This document shows, piece after piece, positions 26,860-42,949 of a DNA stretch of 64,000 bases. Position numbers and translations under genes: made by a program. This stretch comes from Eledone cirrhosa. Its lineage: Eukaryota. The stretch is taken from positions 61,504,001-61,568,000 of the forward strand of contig OZ024743.1 in the NCBI GenBank assembly GCA_964016885.1, in the 5' to 3' direction. The notes below the pieces were generated by a model. It was not told the origin of the DNA and did no database searches. It saw nothing but the letters and a program-made list of their open reading frames with translations. How positions within the stretch are numbered: position 1 is the first letter of the stretch; each line of letters starts with the position of its first letter.

Positions 26860-29800
26860 GTCACAAACCAAGCAAAAAGATTGCAGAGACCCCGAAGAAC
26901 CATGGGTTTCTGAGGACCCTGTCGCAGATAGAGAGAAAAAGAAAAGAAATTGATAAGTCCTATGTTCTCATAGCGCCACATATGGCGATGCTAAGCCGTA
27001 TCCTCAAGGAGGAGAAAAACAAAGAGAAAGGAGGAGAAAAAGAAAAGGAAGAAAGCACAAGCACGGACCTGAAAGAAAATGAGATACCCGCCGCCACAGT
27101 CAAGAAGTGAAGGCCGGGCAACCAACAAGCAAACGGTAAAGGTGAGAAGCGAAATCGCCTTCCGAAAGAAAACCAAGCGCAGAGGGACCAGTGGACAACT
27201 GTCCAAAGGAAGAACAGAAAGCACCGAGACACTGGGTGCAAGAAAACCCAAGTAATGTGCAAGTTCTTCAGGAACGGGACCTGTTGGCATGGAGAGACAG
27301 GGATGGGTTGCAGATTCGTCCACCCCAGGTCCCAAACGAACTATGCCCATCCTATTCGCGCAACATGCCTCAGCCAAAGTCAGAACAAGCCGCTCCAGAA
27401 GTATGCTGATGTCGCGTGTGCCCCGCCAACAAGGAGAAGGCACGCACATGCCGACGAGATACAGATGGCAGCAGCAGAGCAGAAAACCTTTTTAGTGATG
27501 GCAGAGAAGATTGTGGGAGAGCTGACCTCGCTGCATCGTTTCCAGAGCCAGGGTCACCCACATCAGCACTCGAGACCACCACACTTAAGGGACCCAGAGT
27601 GGCCACCGCTGACACCAGACAGCCATTACTGGCACCACAAAAGTCACACCAGTACTACTGCTGAATGTCAGAGGCCTGGTGAAACTTAGTAAAATGAGTA
27701 AAATTTCCTACCTGGGAGACTTAGCCATAAGCAATCAAGCATTATGCATGGCACTAACCGAGCAGTATAGCAGATGCAGAAATACATATACCGAAATATA
27801 TTGTATTTCGTTCGGAGAGGAAAGGGAGAACTCATGGTGGGGTTGCTCTGTATATCCGTGAAGATGTCACACCAATTGTACTGTTGACACATTCAAACTC
27901 AGTCTGTGACACACTGATAGTACATATGAAGCAATTACTGACAGTAATATGTGTCACATATCGGCCGCCCTATGCCCCCAGTCATGAGGGTAAATTTGAG
28001 GATAGCCTGAGTAGGATAGAAGAGGTCCTTGACAAACTGGTCCAGGGTCTCAACATTCTACTTCTGGGAGACTTAAACCTGCCAAAAGTAAAATGGCCTG
28101 TGGGCCACCTCCTCCCTGGAATGACGTCAATAGAACAGAGACAGAAGGAATCCCTGCTGGCCCTCACGCACAGGCTGTTTATGGAACAAGCAGTACTCCT
28201 CCCAATAAGAGGCGAAAATGTCCTGGAACTCTGTTTTACAAACAACGAAGTGCTTATCCACAATGTAAAGGTGACACCAACAATTTCTCGGATCATAACT
28301 TAGTAAAACTAATGATATGTGGTCCGAGAGAACCAACAGAGACACAACCACCAAGAAGCATCGGGACGTTATCCAGCCTTAACTTCTACAAGGTTAACTG
28401 GAAAAAGATCAAGAGAGAAATCCGGAAGCAAATATGGAGCGAAAACACCGCCACACAAGACACCAACAAACAATTTCAACACTTTATGACAACGATACAC
28501 ACGATATTCAAAAGGTTTGTCCCAGAGAAAAAAGCAAACAGACACAAAAATCTTATTCCCAGAGATAGGAAAATCCTTATGAGACGTAGAACCAAGCTCT
28601 CAAACCAGCTGAATGCACAAGAAAACAAAAATAAGAATGAATCCTATTTGTAACGTGCGCTACTTGACACTGAGATTGCACTCAAACTTCCCCATGAAAA
28701 TGAGAGGGCAAAGAAAGAAAGCAGGGCCATAGAAAATGTTAAAACAAACTCTAAAGCCCTCTTTAAATTTGCAAAAGAAACTGCCTCGGTACACTGCAAG
28801 ATTGGGCCACTCTTCCATACAGACGGTTCATTAACCGAGAATCCCCAAGAGATATGCGAAATACTGAACGAACACTACAAAAGTGCGTTCACATGTCTAC
28901 TGAGGCACATGCAAATAACAAAGCCAGAGGAGTTCTTCGATGCCACAACACTACATGAAGAAATAGCGACCATCAACCACATAGACATAACGGAAGAGGA
29001 TGTGGTTTACGCCATAGATAAAATTAGAACAGACTCAGCTGCTGGACCTGATGGATTCCCAGCAGTCCTCTTAAAAACATGTAAGCGGGTCTTAGCAACT
29101 CCACTGAAGATGCTCTTCAGAAGCTCCTTGGCTAGCGGTATACTACCCAGGGAGCTGAAAGAAGGCACAATATTCCCTATCCATAAAGGAGGTAGCAGAG
29201 CGGAGGCCAGTCTCCCTGACGTCGCATATCAGTAAGGTCATGGAGCGAGTCGTCAGAAAGAAATAGATCACTTTCCTCGAGACTAGCACGCAGCATGGCT
29301 TCCGCTCAGGAAGAAGCTGCCTTACACAGCTGCTACATCACTACGACTGGGTACTGAAACAACTGTTAGACAGCTCACATGTAGACGTGATATATCTTGA
29401 CTTTACGAAGGCCTTTGACAGGCTCGACCACGGAATGATATGTCACAAACTACACGGACTCGGCATAAGTGGTAAAGTAGGTGAGTGGCTGCATGACTTC
29501 TTAAAGGAGAGAAGCCAGACAGTCGCAGTAAACGGGGCCCTCACAAAGGAAACATCAATAACAAGTGGGGTGCCCCAGGAGACAGTCCTGGGACCACTAC
29601 TGTTTTTGGCGGCTCTCTCAGACATGCCCTCTGTAGTACATACAACAACATCCCTCACTAGCTATGCTGATGACACTAAGGTAGCACAGGCAATAAAAAA
29701 ACCGGCTGACGCTGCCCTTTTACAACAAGATCTGGATGCCATATACAAATGGGCGGAAGAAAACAACATGCAGTTTAATGCTGGCAAATTCCAAGTCCTA

Positions 29801-30620
29801 CAATGTAAACCTGCAAACACAAATACAGTACAACACAGTTACGCAGGACCAGGAAGGACCGATATCCCTGTGTCAAAATCGATACGAGACCTGGTTATAG
29901 ACATGTGCGATGATGCATCTTTTTCCTCACACATTATGAAAGTGGCGCCGTGCAGACGACTCGCTGGCTGAATCTTGAGGACTTTCCGGACAAGAGACCG
30001 AGACACCATGTTGACACTCTGGAGGACATTTGTCCTAAGCCGCCTGGACTATTGCTCCCAGTTGTGGTCACCCCATAGTGTCAAACTAACCACGGAGCTT
30101 GAGGCAATCCAGCGAAGCTACACCAACAGGATTGCCACGATGAAGGAGATAAGCTACTGGGAGAGGCTAAAAGAACTGAACCTCTACTCCTTGGAACGAA
30201 GACGGAGAGATACGTAGTGATCTACATGTGGAAAATCCTGGAGGGACTAGCACCAAACTTTGGTATTGGGAGCTGGACCAACCGTCGAACAGGACGTTAC
30301 TGTGTGGTGCCAAAGGTGCCATCTTCCACATCTAGAATAAGGAGCAGATATTGCAATAGTCAGGGATTCAAGGGCACTTAACTCTTCAACAAGCTGCTGA
30401 GGGATCTGAGAGATCTGCATAGTGTGAAGGTGGATGTCTTCAAGAAACACTCGAAACCTTGCTATCCAGGATCCCGGATGAGACCACAGCAAGGCACGAG
30501 GGAAACCTAAGGGCAGCAGCAACAAACTCCCTCTTACACCAGTGGCCAACCAACACAGGCTGGAGATAAAATATGTAGCAACAAGGGCGGTGCCCCAGCA
30601 TGGTTGGAACAGGTAAAAGA
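26857..30620 (+). mobile_element. CR1/L2-group LINE: ORF1 remnant with CCCH finger plus APE-RT ORF2, frameshifted
   Basis: CKFFRNGTCWHG..CRFVHP; YRPP, LLGDLN, SDHNL; AAGPDG, QHGFR, IYLDFTKAFD, GVPQ.TVLGPLLF, YADD, LDYCSQLWSP, LYSLERRR. Flanked by (TA)n. Confidence 0.9.
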
Positions 30621-30876
30621 GTAAAAGATATATATATATAAATTAGAATTGATGCTCTGAAATATCGATATATATATGAATGTATATATAGTGTATTTTG
30701 CAATACACTGTATGCTTAATTAAATATATATATATGTATATATACTTATATATACACATATATATATACATATATATATATATATGTATACAGTCTTCAA
30801 ATTTATTATTATTACTATATATATATACTAATAATAATATAGTAATAATAATAACAATATCAGCCTCCCCAAGTAT

Positions 30877-30922
30877 AACAATATTTGTTTCGACACAGGA
30901 TTTCATATAAAAAACCTTGCAA

Positions 30923-30978
<56 letters not shown>

Positions 30979-31043
30979 GACGGCGATGAATTTGTTTTGC
31001 AAGGTTTTTTTATATGAAATCCTGTGTCGAAACAAATATTGTT
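30877..31043. repeat. ~51-bp inverted repeat around a (TA)n spacer, carrying an HHR 3' half
   Basis: Arms aacaatatttgtttcgacac...gcaaaacaa and its reverse complement; gtc-GAAA-caa-ata-ttg-TT. Confidence 0.75.
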
Positions 31044-31361
31044 GATATTGTTGTAATAATATTGCCAGAAATAATAACATAACACACTCACTATTTGGTT
31101 GGTTTTCGCGTCTGCATCTTTTATATCTCCACAGTTAATTTATTTGGCAATCAATGTTTAACATTGACTGACCATCGGTTAAAAAATACAGATATAAATA
31201 TATATATATAGTCTAACAAAGTTCTTTCGTTGCACATCTTCTGCAACATCATCAGTGGTACTATTATCATGTTCCCTCCTATTGTATTGTATTGTAATGT
31301 TCACGCCATTTTTATTTTATTTTATAGCTAGTGACACACTGTCGTATATATATATATATAT

Positions 31362-31760
31362 AAAGAACTAAGTGACATAGTCACTACTTTAAAATGATAG
31401 CGCAAGGTCTTAAAAATGTTTTTAATTAAACATACGGTATATTACCAAATATACTATACATCGCTACTTCAGAGCACCAATCCTAATTTTTTATTTTTGC
31501 TGGACCGATAATCGCTCTGTTTAATCAGTTCCTGATTATTACTGGAATTCTATAAGAATCCATCATCTATAATTTTCGGCAGAGGTCGGGTGTACGTTGC
31601 TCTGAGGAACACCAACAGTGTGAAACAGAATCCGTCAGCTTCTCTCCCTTCCTTTGTCAAAAAAGAAGTAAGTGACATAGTCAATACTTTAAAATGATTG
31701 CGCAAGCTTTTCAAAATTGTTTTAATTAAACATACGTTATATTACAAAATATACTATACA
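31362..31760 (+). mobile_element. ORF-less 300-nt monomer plus 98-bp terminal direct repeat, with a hammerhead, embedded in (TA)n
   Basis: 31362-31460 is similar to 31662-31760. HHR at 31599-31639. Confidence 0.85.
31599..31639 (+). ncRNA. Minimal type I hammerhead ribozyme
   Basis: gct-CTGAGGA-acac-caaca-gtgt-GAAA-c-agaatcc-g-TC^-agc. Confidence 0.8.
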
Positions 31761-31764
31761 TACA

Positions 31765-31819
<55 letters not shown>

Positions 31820-33429
31820 TAAAAAAACGAAAAATCAGTGATGCATCTGGACTCAGTTTATTGCGTGTTACAATTGTTTCGCCGGCAGGTAGCTCGAGAC
31901 ATGATCACTGTATGGATCTGGCTTATTCTACGGCTGTTGTTTTTCTACGTCAATTGTGTAGTTGTTCTCCTCTCTGCCACTCTCTATCACTCACAGGTTT
32001 GTGTGTGCTGGACCGCCATCGGTTCCGACCATGAGTGTTCCCATTGTTTGATCAATGTAACAGCCTACACGTGAAATTAAGGTGCATGTGGCTGAGTATT
32101 AACATAGTACTCAGGGAGCTGCATCTTGACATACTGTGTCACAATTTTCGGCCTTTTAATCAGATGTTGGTTTATAGTGCAAGTAGTTGAGAGTTCCACA
32201 AACTCGATTCAATGTAATACAACGTGTGACAAAATTGGCCGGCCCTCCGAATTCTAACAATAATTAAAGTAGCAGCATTCCTGCGACAATTAATCAGTAT
32301 ACATTAAAAAAACATTATACATGACAAAAAGTACATTACTAGAAATCTCATATGTTATAAAATAAATAGGATGGGTTGGGGTCTCAATATGTAAATTAAA
32401 CGACTAATTCTGTTGTTTTTTAATCAATGGAAACAATCGACAAAAATTACTGCTTATTCCCTCTCCTGCCCGCTTATTCCAAACCTCCCCACCTATTACT
32501 TGGGACCAGGGAATAAGTTAATAACGAACAAAGCTGGTTTCATGAAAATATTTTCATCTGCAAATTTGTAATGAAGTAACAGCCATGTGGTTAGGATTTT
32601 GAACGCACAATCATAAGGTCATGGATTCGATTTCTCGACAAGTGGCACGTTATGTTCTTCAGCAAAATACTTTATTTCACGTCTCTTCTGTTTGCTAAGA
32701 GTTGCGACGCATAGATAATACCAGCAATAAAAAAAACAAGGGAAACACTGCTTCCTAGGTATGATCTGATAATTGGAACTTTTCATTTTATGGTGCCCTA
32801 CCCTCATACATTAGTCAGGGAAATTCCTAGAAAACGTCATGGTTATTATGTTGTACATTCTTTGTTCTTGCTAGAATCTATAGAGCGTCCCTCATATAAT
32901 TTGGGTTTACATTGATGTATGTTTTGATTTTAAACAATTCCAAGGTAAGTTTTTTTTTATTTTTATCATTCGGAAGGAGCTCCTTAGGGGTGGAATGGAA
33001 GTTTCAGAAGGTATCGCTGCCTGTTCTCTACAGCAATGCTTTCGTTATCTTATCCGGGGGTGCAACTGAGATGTAGAGTTTACTTCCTTCCCACACCATT
33101 TTTTTCTTTCTTTTTGTGTTCTTAAAACACAAATCATAAATTAAGAACCAGCCAAGAACTAAAAGTTAATATAATCGCCCAGACGACTTTAAGTTGATAC
33201 TAGAAATCCTTTTACAGATTTGCTTTTTTGAATCTTCATCCTTTAATAAATACTACACTTCGTCGACATTCTGATAAGTTGTTACCTATAAGTTCTACTT
33301 GGACTTCTGTAGTCTAGTGTGGAATATGTAACTTACAAAATTAGGCTGGGTTGTGTGATGCCACATTAAAAGTATCTCCACAGTATATGGCAACTGTACG
33401 CAGTGAAAAGCCACAGCCTCCTTTGAAGA

Positions 33430-33600
33430 ACCTACCTGTAAAACAAAACACAGTGCATCTAGGGATGTAGCCCACGATATAAAATACAACGTCTTCATTG
33501 CTTGGTCGTGGTAAAGGATAATGCAGACATGAAAGATTGTTGTGCTGGATTATCATTGGAACTGATAATGAAAGAAAGTACGCATTCAGCTGATTACTGC
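33430..33600 (-). pseudogene. Possible P-element/THAP9-like transposase C-terminal relic
   Basis: Hand translation ECVLSFIISSNDNPAQQSFMSAL and VFYIVGYI resemble the NDNP..F..A and YIAGY motifs. Short and decayed. Confidence 0.3.
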
Positions 33601-34083
33601 ACTCACAATAAAAGTGGCAAGTCATTGTAGTCAAACAGCCACTAAGAAACATTATGATGAAGTCCAATAACGGTTTTTAATTTATTCACAAATTAGCAGG
33701 AAGAGAACGTCGTTTATACGTTGAAGATTTCCAATCAAAGAACTACAGAATGTAATGAGTGACAGTCGAGAACTAACTTCATCAACGCTTCAATAAATAC
33801 CACTGACGTCACAATGTCAAATTGAAAGACCTTCAGATAGTTAATTACGTCACTTCACATCAAATTGAAAGGGACCTTGTAATAACTAATTGTGTCACAT
33901 AACTGAACAATGATTAACAGCTTTAAGTCGTAGTCATCTATGTTTTCGATTTTTTTTGTCAGGCATTCTATAACAAGGACTAGATTAAATAATGTGTACA
34001 ACGCCCTTTCAGGCCATAAAAAAGGGTCGAAGTTTGGTTGCTCTACCTTAGCAGGATTGGTCAACCAGAAGCTATAATAACGA

Positions 34084-34225
34084 TTTCTACTATAGGCACA
34101 AGGCCAGCAATTTTGGGGGAGGGGAAAATCGATGAAAATGACTCCAGTGCATTACTGGTGTTATATTTTATCGACTCTGTAGGGGTGAAAGGCAAAGCTA
34201 ACCTCGACGGGATTTGAACTCAAAC
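34084..34225 (-). mobile_element. SINE family A copy
   Basis: tttctactataggcacaaggcc...actggtg..ttttatcgac..gaaaggcaaagctaacctcgacgggatttgaactca. Confidence 0.75.
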
Positions 34226-34692
34226 AGAGGCTAAAAGAATAAAAACACATACCCAAGGTGCCGCACATTGGGAATGAACACGGAACTACGTGCTTGCGAA
34301 GTGAATTTCTTAACCATTCAGCCTTACCTGCACCTATTCATAATATTAGCTGTCCATAATAATAATATCGTAGTATTATTCACAGAAGAAACATAATACG
34401 TTCATATTGTAGAACCTAAGCTGTTAGTTGTTTTAAATAATTATTGTGTTGTGTTGGATGTTATTTGATCTTCGCGTTCTATATAACCACTAAAAGTTTC
34501 CGTTTCGAAACCTGATCTACTGTGCTTCCGTTCAGATATCGTGACAATAATGCAAAAAAAACGAAAAACAGGAACGTTGTGCAATGAGTTAAACTGCAAG
34601 CGAATAATTCTTTTGTGTAGACCCTCATTTCCGGTAGGGTTCAAAAACACGGGAATGAAAGCTGTATCTAGAAATATGTATGTGTGTGTGTG

Positions 34693-34736
<44 letters not shown>

Positions 34737-35550
34737 CATAATATAACTGAATATAAAAGAGAGATAAACACAGATATATACATATATGAGTTTAAATCGT
34801 AAGGGACCAGATTCGCTTTTTTTTCTTAATTCATTCTTTTAAATTGAGTCTGACAAACCCTATTGTTCAAAGTTAGTATTTTTTCATCCTGGTGAATGTG
34901 GTGCCTTATGATTTGAACACATATATGTATATATCTGTGTTTATCTCTCTTTTATATTCAGTTATATTATACAGCCCGGAAAAATTTCTTTCCTTGAGCT
35001 ATTTAATTGTAAGAGACTATTTTGAGTTTCTAACTCAATATATACTTTTGATATATTGGGCTCCTTGAATCTGTAGAGATAATTTAAATGTCGAGTAAAC
35101 TTGGCTACTTATTTAGTAGCATACGTTTTGCGAGACACGCTGGGCACTGGATGCAATGTGCGTTATTTTATATACACACACCATTCAGTCTTCTGAGATA
35201 CTTAGAAGTGAAGGGTTTGCTAATTTCCACACCCACTGAAGAGAAATGGAAATGGTAATTCCCTGTCACTAAATTGCGAAACAGCATTACCGAAAGCTGT
35301 CTGGGTGTCTGATAGTTATCGCAATTTCGGTATGTATATTTTTTTCTTAATTTATTCTTTTAAATTGAGTCTGACAAACCCTATTGTTCATAGTTAGTAT
35401 TTTTTCCACCCTAGCGAATCTGGTCCCTTACGATTTGAACACATATATGTATATATCTGTGTTTATCTCTCTTTTATATTTAATTATATTATACGACCCG
35501 GAAAAATTTCTTTCCTTGAGCTATTTGATTGTAAGAGACTATTTTGAGTT
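34737..35550 (+). mobile_element. ORF-less PLE-type element: 5' inverted segment, ~210-bp direct repeats (period about 520) and a hammerhead
   Basis: 34820-35028 is similar to 35341-35550. 34737-34815 is the reverse complement of about 35414-35492. (TA)n on both sides. Confidence 0.85.
35229..35308 (+). ncRNA. Canonical type I hammerhead ribozyme
   Basis: acaccca-CTGAAGA-gaaat...attgc-GAAA-cagc...gctg-TC^-tgggtgt (7-bp stem I). Confidence 0.85.
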
Positions 35551-35674
35551 ATATATATATATGATAGAGATGCCATAACTCTTTGTGGAGTCGTAGAGGC
35601 ACCGTCACATGGTGTATCTAGAGCACTTTTAAACCTAGCGGAGCCCAACCCTTTCCAGGCCTTTACACAGCCCA

Positions 35675-35850
35675 TTTTTTCTATAGAGGAGGAATCGACC
35701 CCAGTATTGTACTGGTACTTTTTTTATCGACCACTAAAGGATGAAAGGCAAAGTTAACCACGGAGGGATTTGAACTCAGAGCGCGCAATGAGGTAGGACG
35801 AATAGCGTAAAGCATTCTATCCGACATCCTAACGAATCTGCCTATTCGCC
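35675..35850 (-). mobile_element. SINE family A copy
   Basis: actggtactttttttatcgacc..aggatgaaaggcaaagttaacc.cgg.gggatttgaactcag. Confidence 0.75.
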
Positions 35851-35976
35851 GAGAGAGAAACAGGACTGTCGATTACACCACTTTGTGTTTTCCGAGAATA
35901 AGTGAGATAGTCAATATTTTAAAATTCATCGCGAATGGTCTTCGAAATGTTTTTGATTAAGCATACAGTATATTAT

Positions 35977-36100
<124 letters not shown>

Positions 36101-36292
36101 GTATAGGATTATCCAAGATGTAGTAATGGTTAATTACTACACTGGATATGGTTGACGTACGGTAAGAGGTTACTCTACGAGTTATGGAAGAATTGTTGAA
36201 GAAACTTAGTTCCTGATCCTTCCATATTCCGGAGTGTATATAAAGAATGAATAATAACAGGTAGACATTATAAAAAGGTAATTTATTCCGTG

Positions 36293-36404
36293 TGCTTACA
36301 AGTGTTTCCACGGTGGTACTGCAGCCTAGTTATGCTATGTGCAAATTCACAAGTACTTGCAGAACTCAAATGTCCAATGCTGTGACCATTGTTTCCTCAG
36401 AGCA
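36293..36404 (-). ncRNA. Type I hammerhead with a long stem II insertion
   Basis: Minus strand: tgct-CTGAGGA-aacaatggt...accaccgtg-GAAA-cacttg-TA^-agca. Element 36098-36410 is homologous to 63411-63876. Confidence 0.65.
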
Positions 36405-36977
36405 GAATGGTAAAATGTACAATGTAAATACCCTTAAGTGGGGTTGTTGGGGAAGATAGAGTAGAAAAGGAAGAGAGAAAAGTAGGGAAGAGGGAGAGAG
36501 AAAGAAAGATATGCAGGGGTTGGAGAAGTAGGAGAGAGTGGCTTGTAGATATCTTAATCAAAATGTTATGGTAGGTTACTTTTATACTGGTTACTTTTGG
36601 AGAGATGCGTTGATAGTTAAGGTCGGAATTATTTATTACCCCAGAGGGCAGGTTCATAGATGTTGAGAGGGAGGTAGGCCAAAGGCGAGAGAGAGAGAGT
36701 GTAATGGATGTAGAGAGAGAGAGGTAGAGAGGGGACAGACGAAGTTTGTGTGGTGAGTGAGCTTTGGGTTTGTAGTAGTAATCTAGGAATTGCACTGAGT
36801 TACCATGTATAGTGATAAGCAGTGTATTGTCTTGTAGTGTGGGGGGAAGAGAAGGTTGTTAGCTAGAAAGCGGTGTTATAGTTACGGGTTCGAATGTTAA
36901 GTTATTTTATAGTGAGAGAATTTAGCTTTTAGTTTGTGGTTGCAGTATAATGATCGTTCAATCAATATATATATATA

Positions 36978-37342
36978 TAAATGAAGGAATGAAAAATGGC
37001 GTGCTACGTTGTTGCGAATATGATACATATGAATTTAAAAATAGAGCAAGAAACCAGGACTATCCGTCATCAGTGATCTTCTGGCTATCATCGGTATTTC
37101 TTCGCATTAAAGACCAGACACCCCAAGCCATAAGTTTGTAAAATATGTATATATATATATATATGTATATGTATATACATATTTTACAAACTTATGGCTT
37201 GGGGTGTCTGGTCTTTAATGCGAAGAAATACCGATGATAGCCAGAAGATCACTGATGACGGATAGTCCTGGTTTCTTGCTCTATTTTTAAATTCATGTGT
37301 ATCACATTCGCAACAACGCAGCACGCCATTTTTCATTCCTTC

Positions 37343-37345
<3 letters not shown>
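36978..37345. repeat. ~170-bp-arm fold-back palindrome with a TA-rich centre
   Basis: Arms about 36978-37150 / 37175-37345. Confidence 0.9.
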
Positions 37346-37378
<33 letters not shown>

Positions 37379-37384
37379 TATTTG

Positions 37385-37475
<91 letters not shown>

Positions 37476-37492
37476 TATATATAGTATATTTG

Positions 37493-37569
<77 letters not shown>

Positions 37570-37688
37570 TATATATAGTATATTTGATAATATATATATG
37601 TATATATATATATAGTATATATATAGTATATTTGATAATATATATATATATGTATATATATATTTTGTTCTGTTCAAACCATTTATTA

Positions 37689-37733
37689 GCTTACAATTGT
37701 TTCTTCCAAACCGAGGTTTGGGATCTTCGGAGC
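37689..37733 (-). ncRNA. Type I hammerhead, CCGAAGA core
   Basis: Minus strand: gct-CCGAAGA-tcccaaacc-tc-ggtttggaa-GAAA-caattg-TA^-agc. 37660-38060 is homologous to 6780-7180. Confidence 0.75.
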
Positions 37734-38258
37734 AATTTTTCAATGATTGTTTACATACATGACCTCCTTTCCAACACAAGAGACATAGAGAAACATATGT
37801 ATATATCGATGTACAGTGGGTTGACCATTATAATATTTTAGCATGGCAATTTACATTCAATGATTAAAGTCATATTAAAAGAAAATTAAAACAAGATTAA
37901 AGTTAAAATACAACATTGGCAGTTTACGAAGACAATGCAAGAGGATAGTTTGAAGTAGTTAATGTATGCAATAGTTACACGCGGGGCATGCACGTGTGTC
38001 TTATTTATATAAGATTATAGTGCGGCAAGGTGTTATATGGAATGCAAGCACTTTAAGCGGGCAATCAAAGTATTATGGGTGTTGTATTGGTAAAGTATTT
38101 TTTATGTATGATATAGAAGCTTGTGTGCAGAGAAATATTAAAAATGAGAAGCAAAATAATGTTATGGTTTTCGTATACACCACCATTTTCACAATCCTGG
38201 AAACGTAATATATAGATTATATGTCCTTCACATAATTAACGATGATTCAAAATTGGAT

Positions 38259-38337
38259 GCTTGATGAATTAGGTTAGATTATTACAGCTTGTTGTTCTTT
38301 AATCCAAGCTGTAATAATCTAACCTAATTCATCAAGC
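38259..38337. repeat. 33-bp-arm hairpin
   Basis: gcttgatgaattaggttagattattacagcttg ... caagctgtaataatctaacctaattcatcaagc. Confidence 0.85.
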
Positions 38338-38560
38338 TGCATTAGGCAGTACCTTCCTCGTATCGATTTTTGACACGGGAATTTCGGTCCCTCCTGGTCC
38401 AGTGTAACTGTGTTGTACTGTATTTGTGTTTGCATGTTTGTATTTTACGGCTTGAAATGTGCCAGCATTAAACTGCATTTTATTGTCTTCCGCCCATTTA
38501 TATATATATACATATATATATATAAATATATATATTCATATATATATATATATATATATA

Positions 38561-38922
38561 TACGATATTAATAAATGGAAACTATATTTATAAAACCATA
38601 TTTATTTCATTATACATATTTCAGGGATACCAAATTAAATTATGGTATGCCTTCATCAGACAAAATACAATATATAACAGTTTTACAAATAAGCTTTGAC
38701 GTACCCTATTAAAATGCAACCATTATTTTTGGAAGCCATCCGGATGGCTTCCAAAATTAATGGTTGCATTTTAATAGGGTACGTCAAAGCTTATTTGTAA
38801 AACTGTTATATATTGTATTTTGTCTGATGAAGGCATACCATAATTTAATTTGGTATCCCTGAAATATGTATAATGAAATAAATATGGTTTTATAAATATA
38901 GTTTCCATTTATTAATATCGTA
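38561..38922. repeat. 362-bp loopless palindrome with a canonical HHR on each strand
   Basis: Centre 38741/38742. Plus strand 38816-38880: tattttgt-CTGATGA-aggcatacca..tggtatccct-GAAA-tatgta-TA^-atgaaata. Mirror copy at 38603-38667. Confidence 0.92.
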
Positions 38923-39008
38923 TATCTACTCCAAATACGTGTCGAGTGCTTTATATCAGTTATAAAAACATTTACTTGTTGTATCCCAACAATTTTAAAT
39001 AGAACTTT

Positions 39009-39095
<87 letters not shown>

Positions 39096-39140
39096 ATATA
39101 AACATATATATACATATACATTTATACATATATATATAAA

Positions 39141-39202
<62 letters not shown>

Positions 39203-39299
39203 TATATAAGCATATATATACATATATATACATATATATATATATGTACATATATATATAAACATATATATACATACATATAAACATATATATATATAC

Positions 39300-39332
<33 letters not shown>

Positions 39333-39477
39333 AACATATATATATACAAAATATTTACATATATATATATATACATATACATAAACATATATATACATAT
39401 ATATATAAACATATATATATATAAATATATATATATAAATATATATATATACATATATATACATACATATATATATG

Positions 39478-42660
<3,183 letters not shown>

Positions 42661-42688
42661 TGTTAACACAACAGTTAGTTCACCATAT

Positions 42689-42730
42689 CGAGTTTTAACA
42701 ATTGTTTCACCTTAGCGGATCCTCAGCTCG
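42689..42730 (-). ncRNA. HHR-like motif (degenerate)
   Basis: Minus strand: cgag-CTGAGGA-tccgctaaggt-GAAA-caattg-TT-aaaa-ctcg. Lies downstream of a PLE fragment. Confidence 0.5.
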
Positions 42731-42949
42731 TAATAGTAATGGTTATCCGGAATAGGAAGGACAACCGTATGAATGCGCATGCGCAGAAACGGTCACTTCA
42801 CCCAAGTAATACAAAACCACGGGCGAGAGGTGTAAGGGAGATAAACGCGAAAGTCCGAAAGGTAGTTCTAGTGGATAAGAAAATTTGGATGCTGTTGTTA
42901 TTCAATCCGGAGCTTTGTAGTTATGTAAGAGGTGTTTCCAGACGTGTGG

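Noticed and set aside
36397-36795. ORF beginning QFLDYYYKP as a PLE RT piece
   Set aside because: The resemblance is too short and the rest is low-complexity UTR-like sequence.
37374-37641. Repeat-spacer pattern as CRISPR
   Set aside because: The spacers are only TA runs and there are no cas genes.
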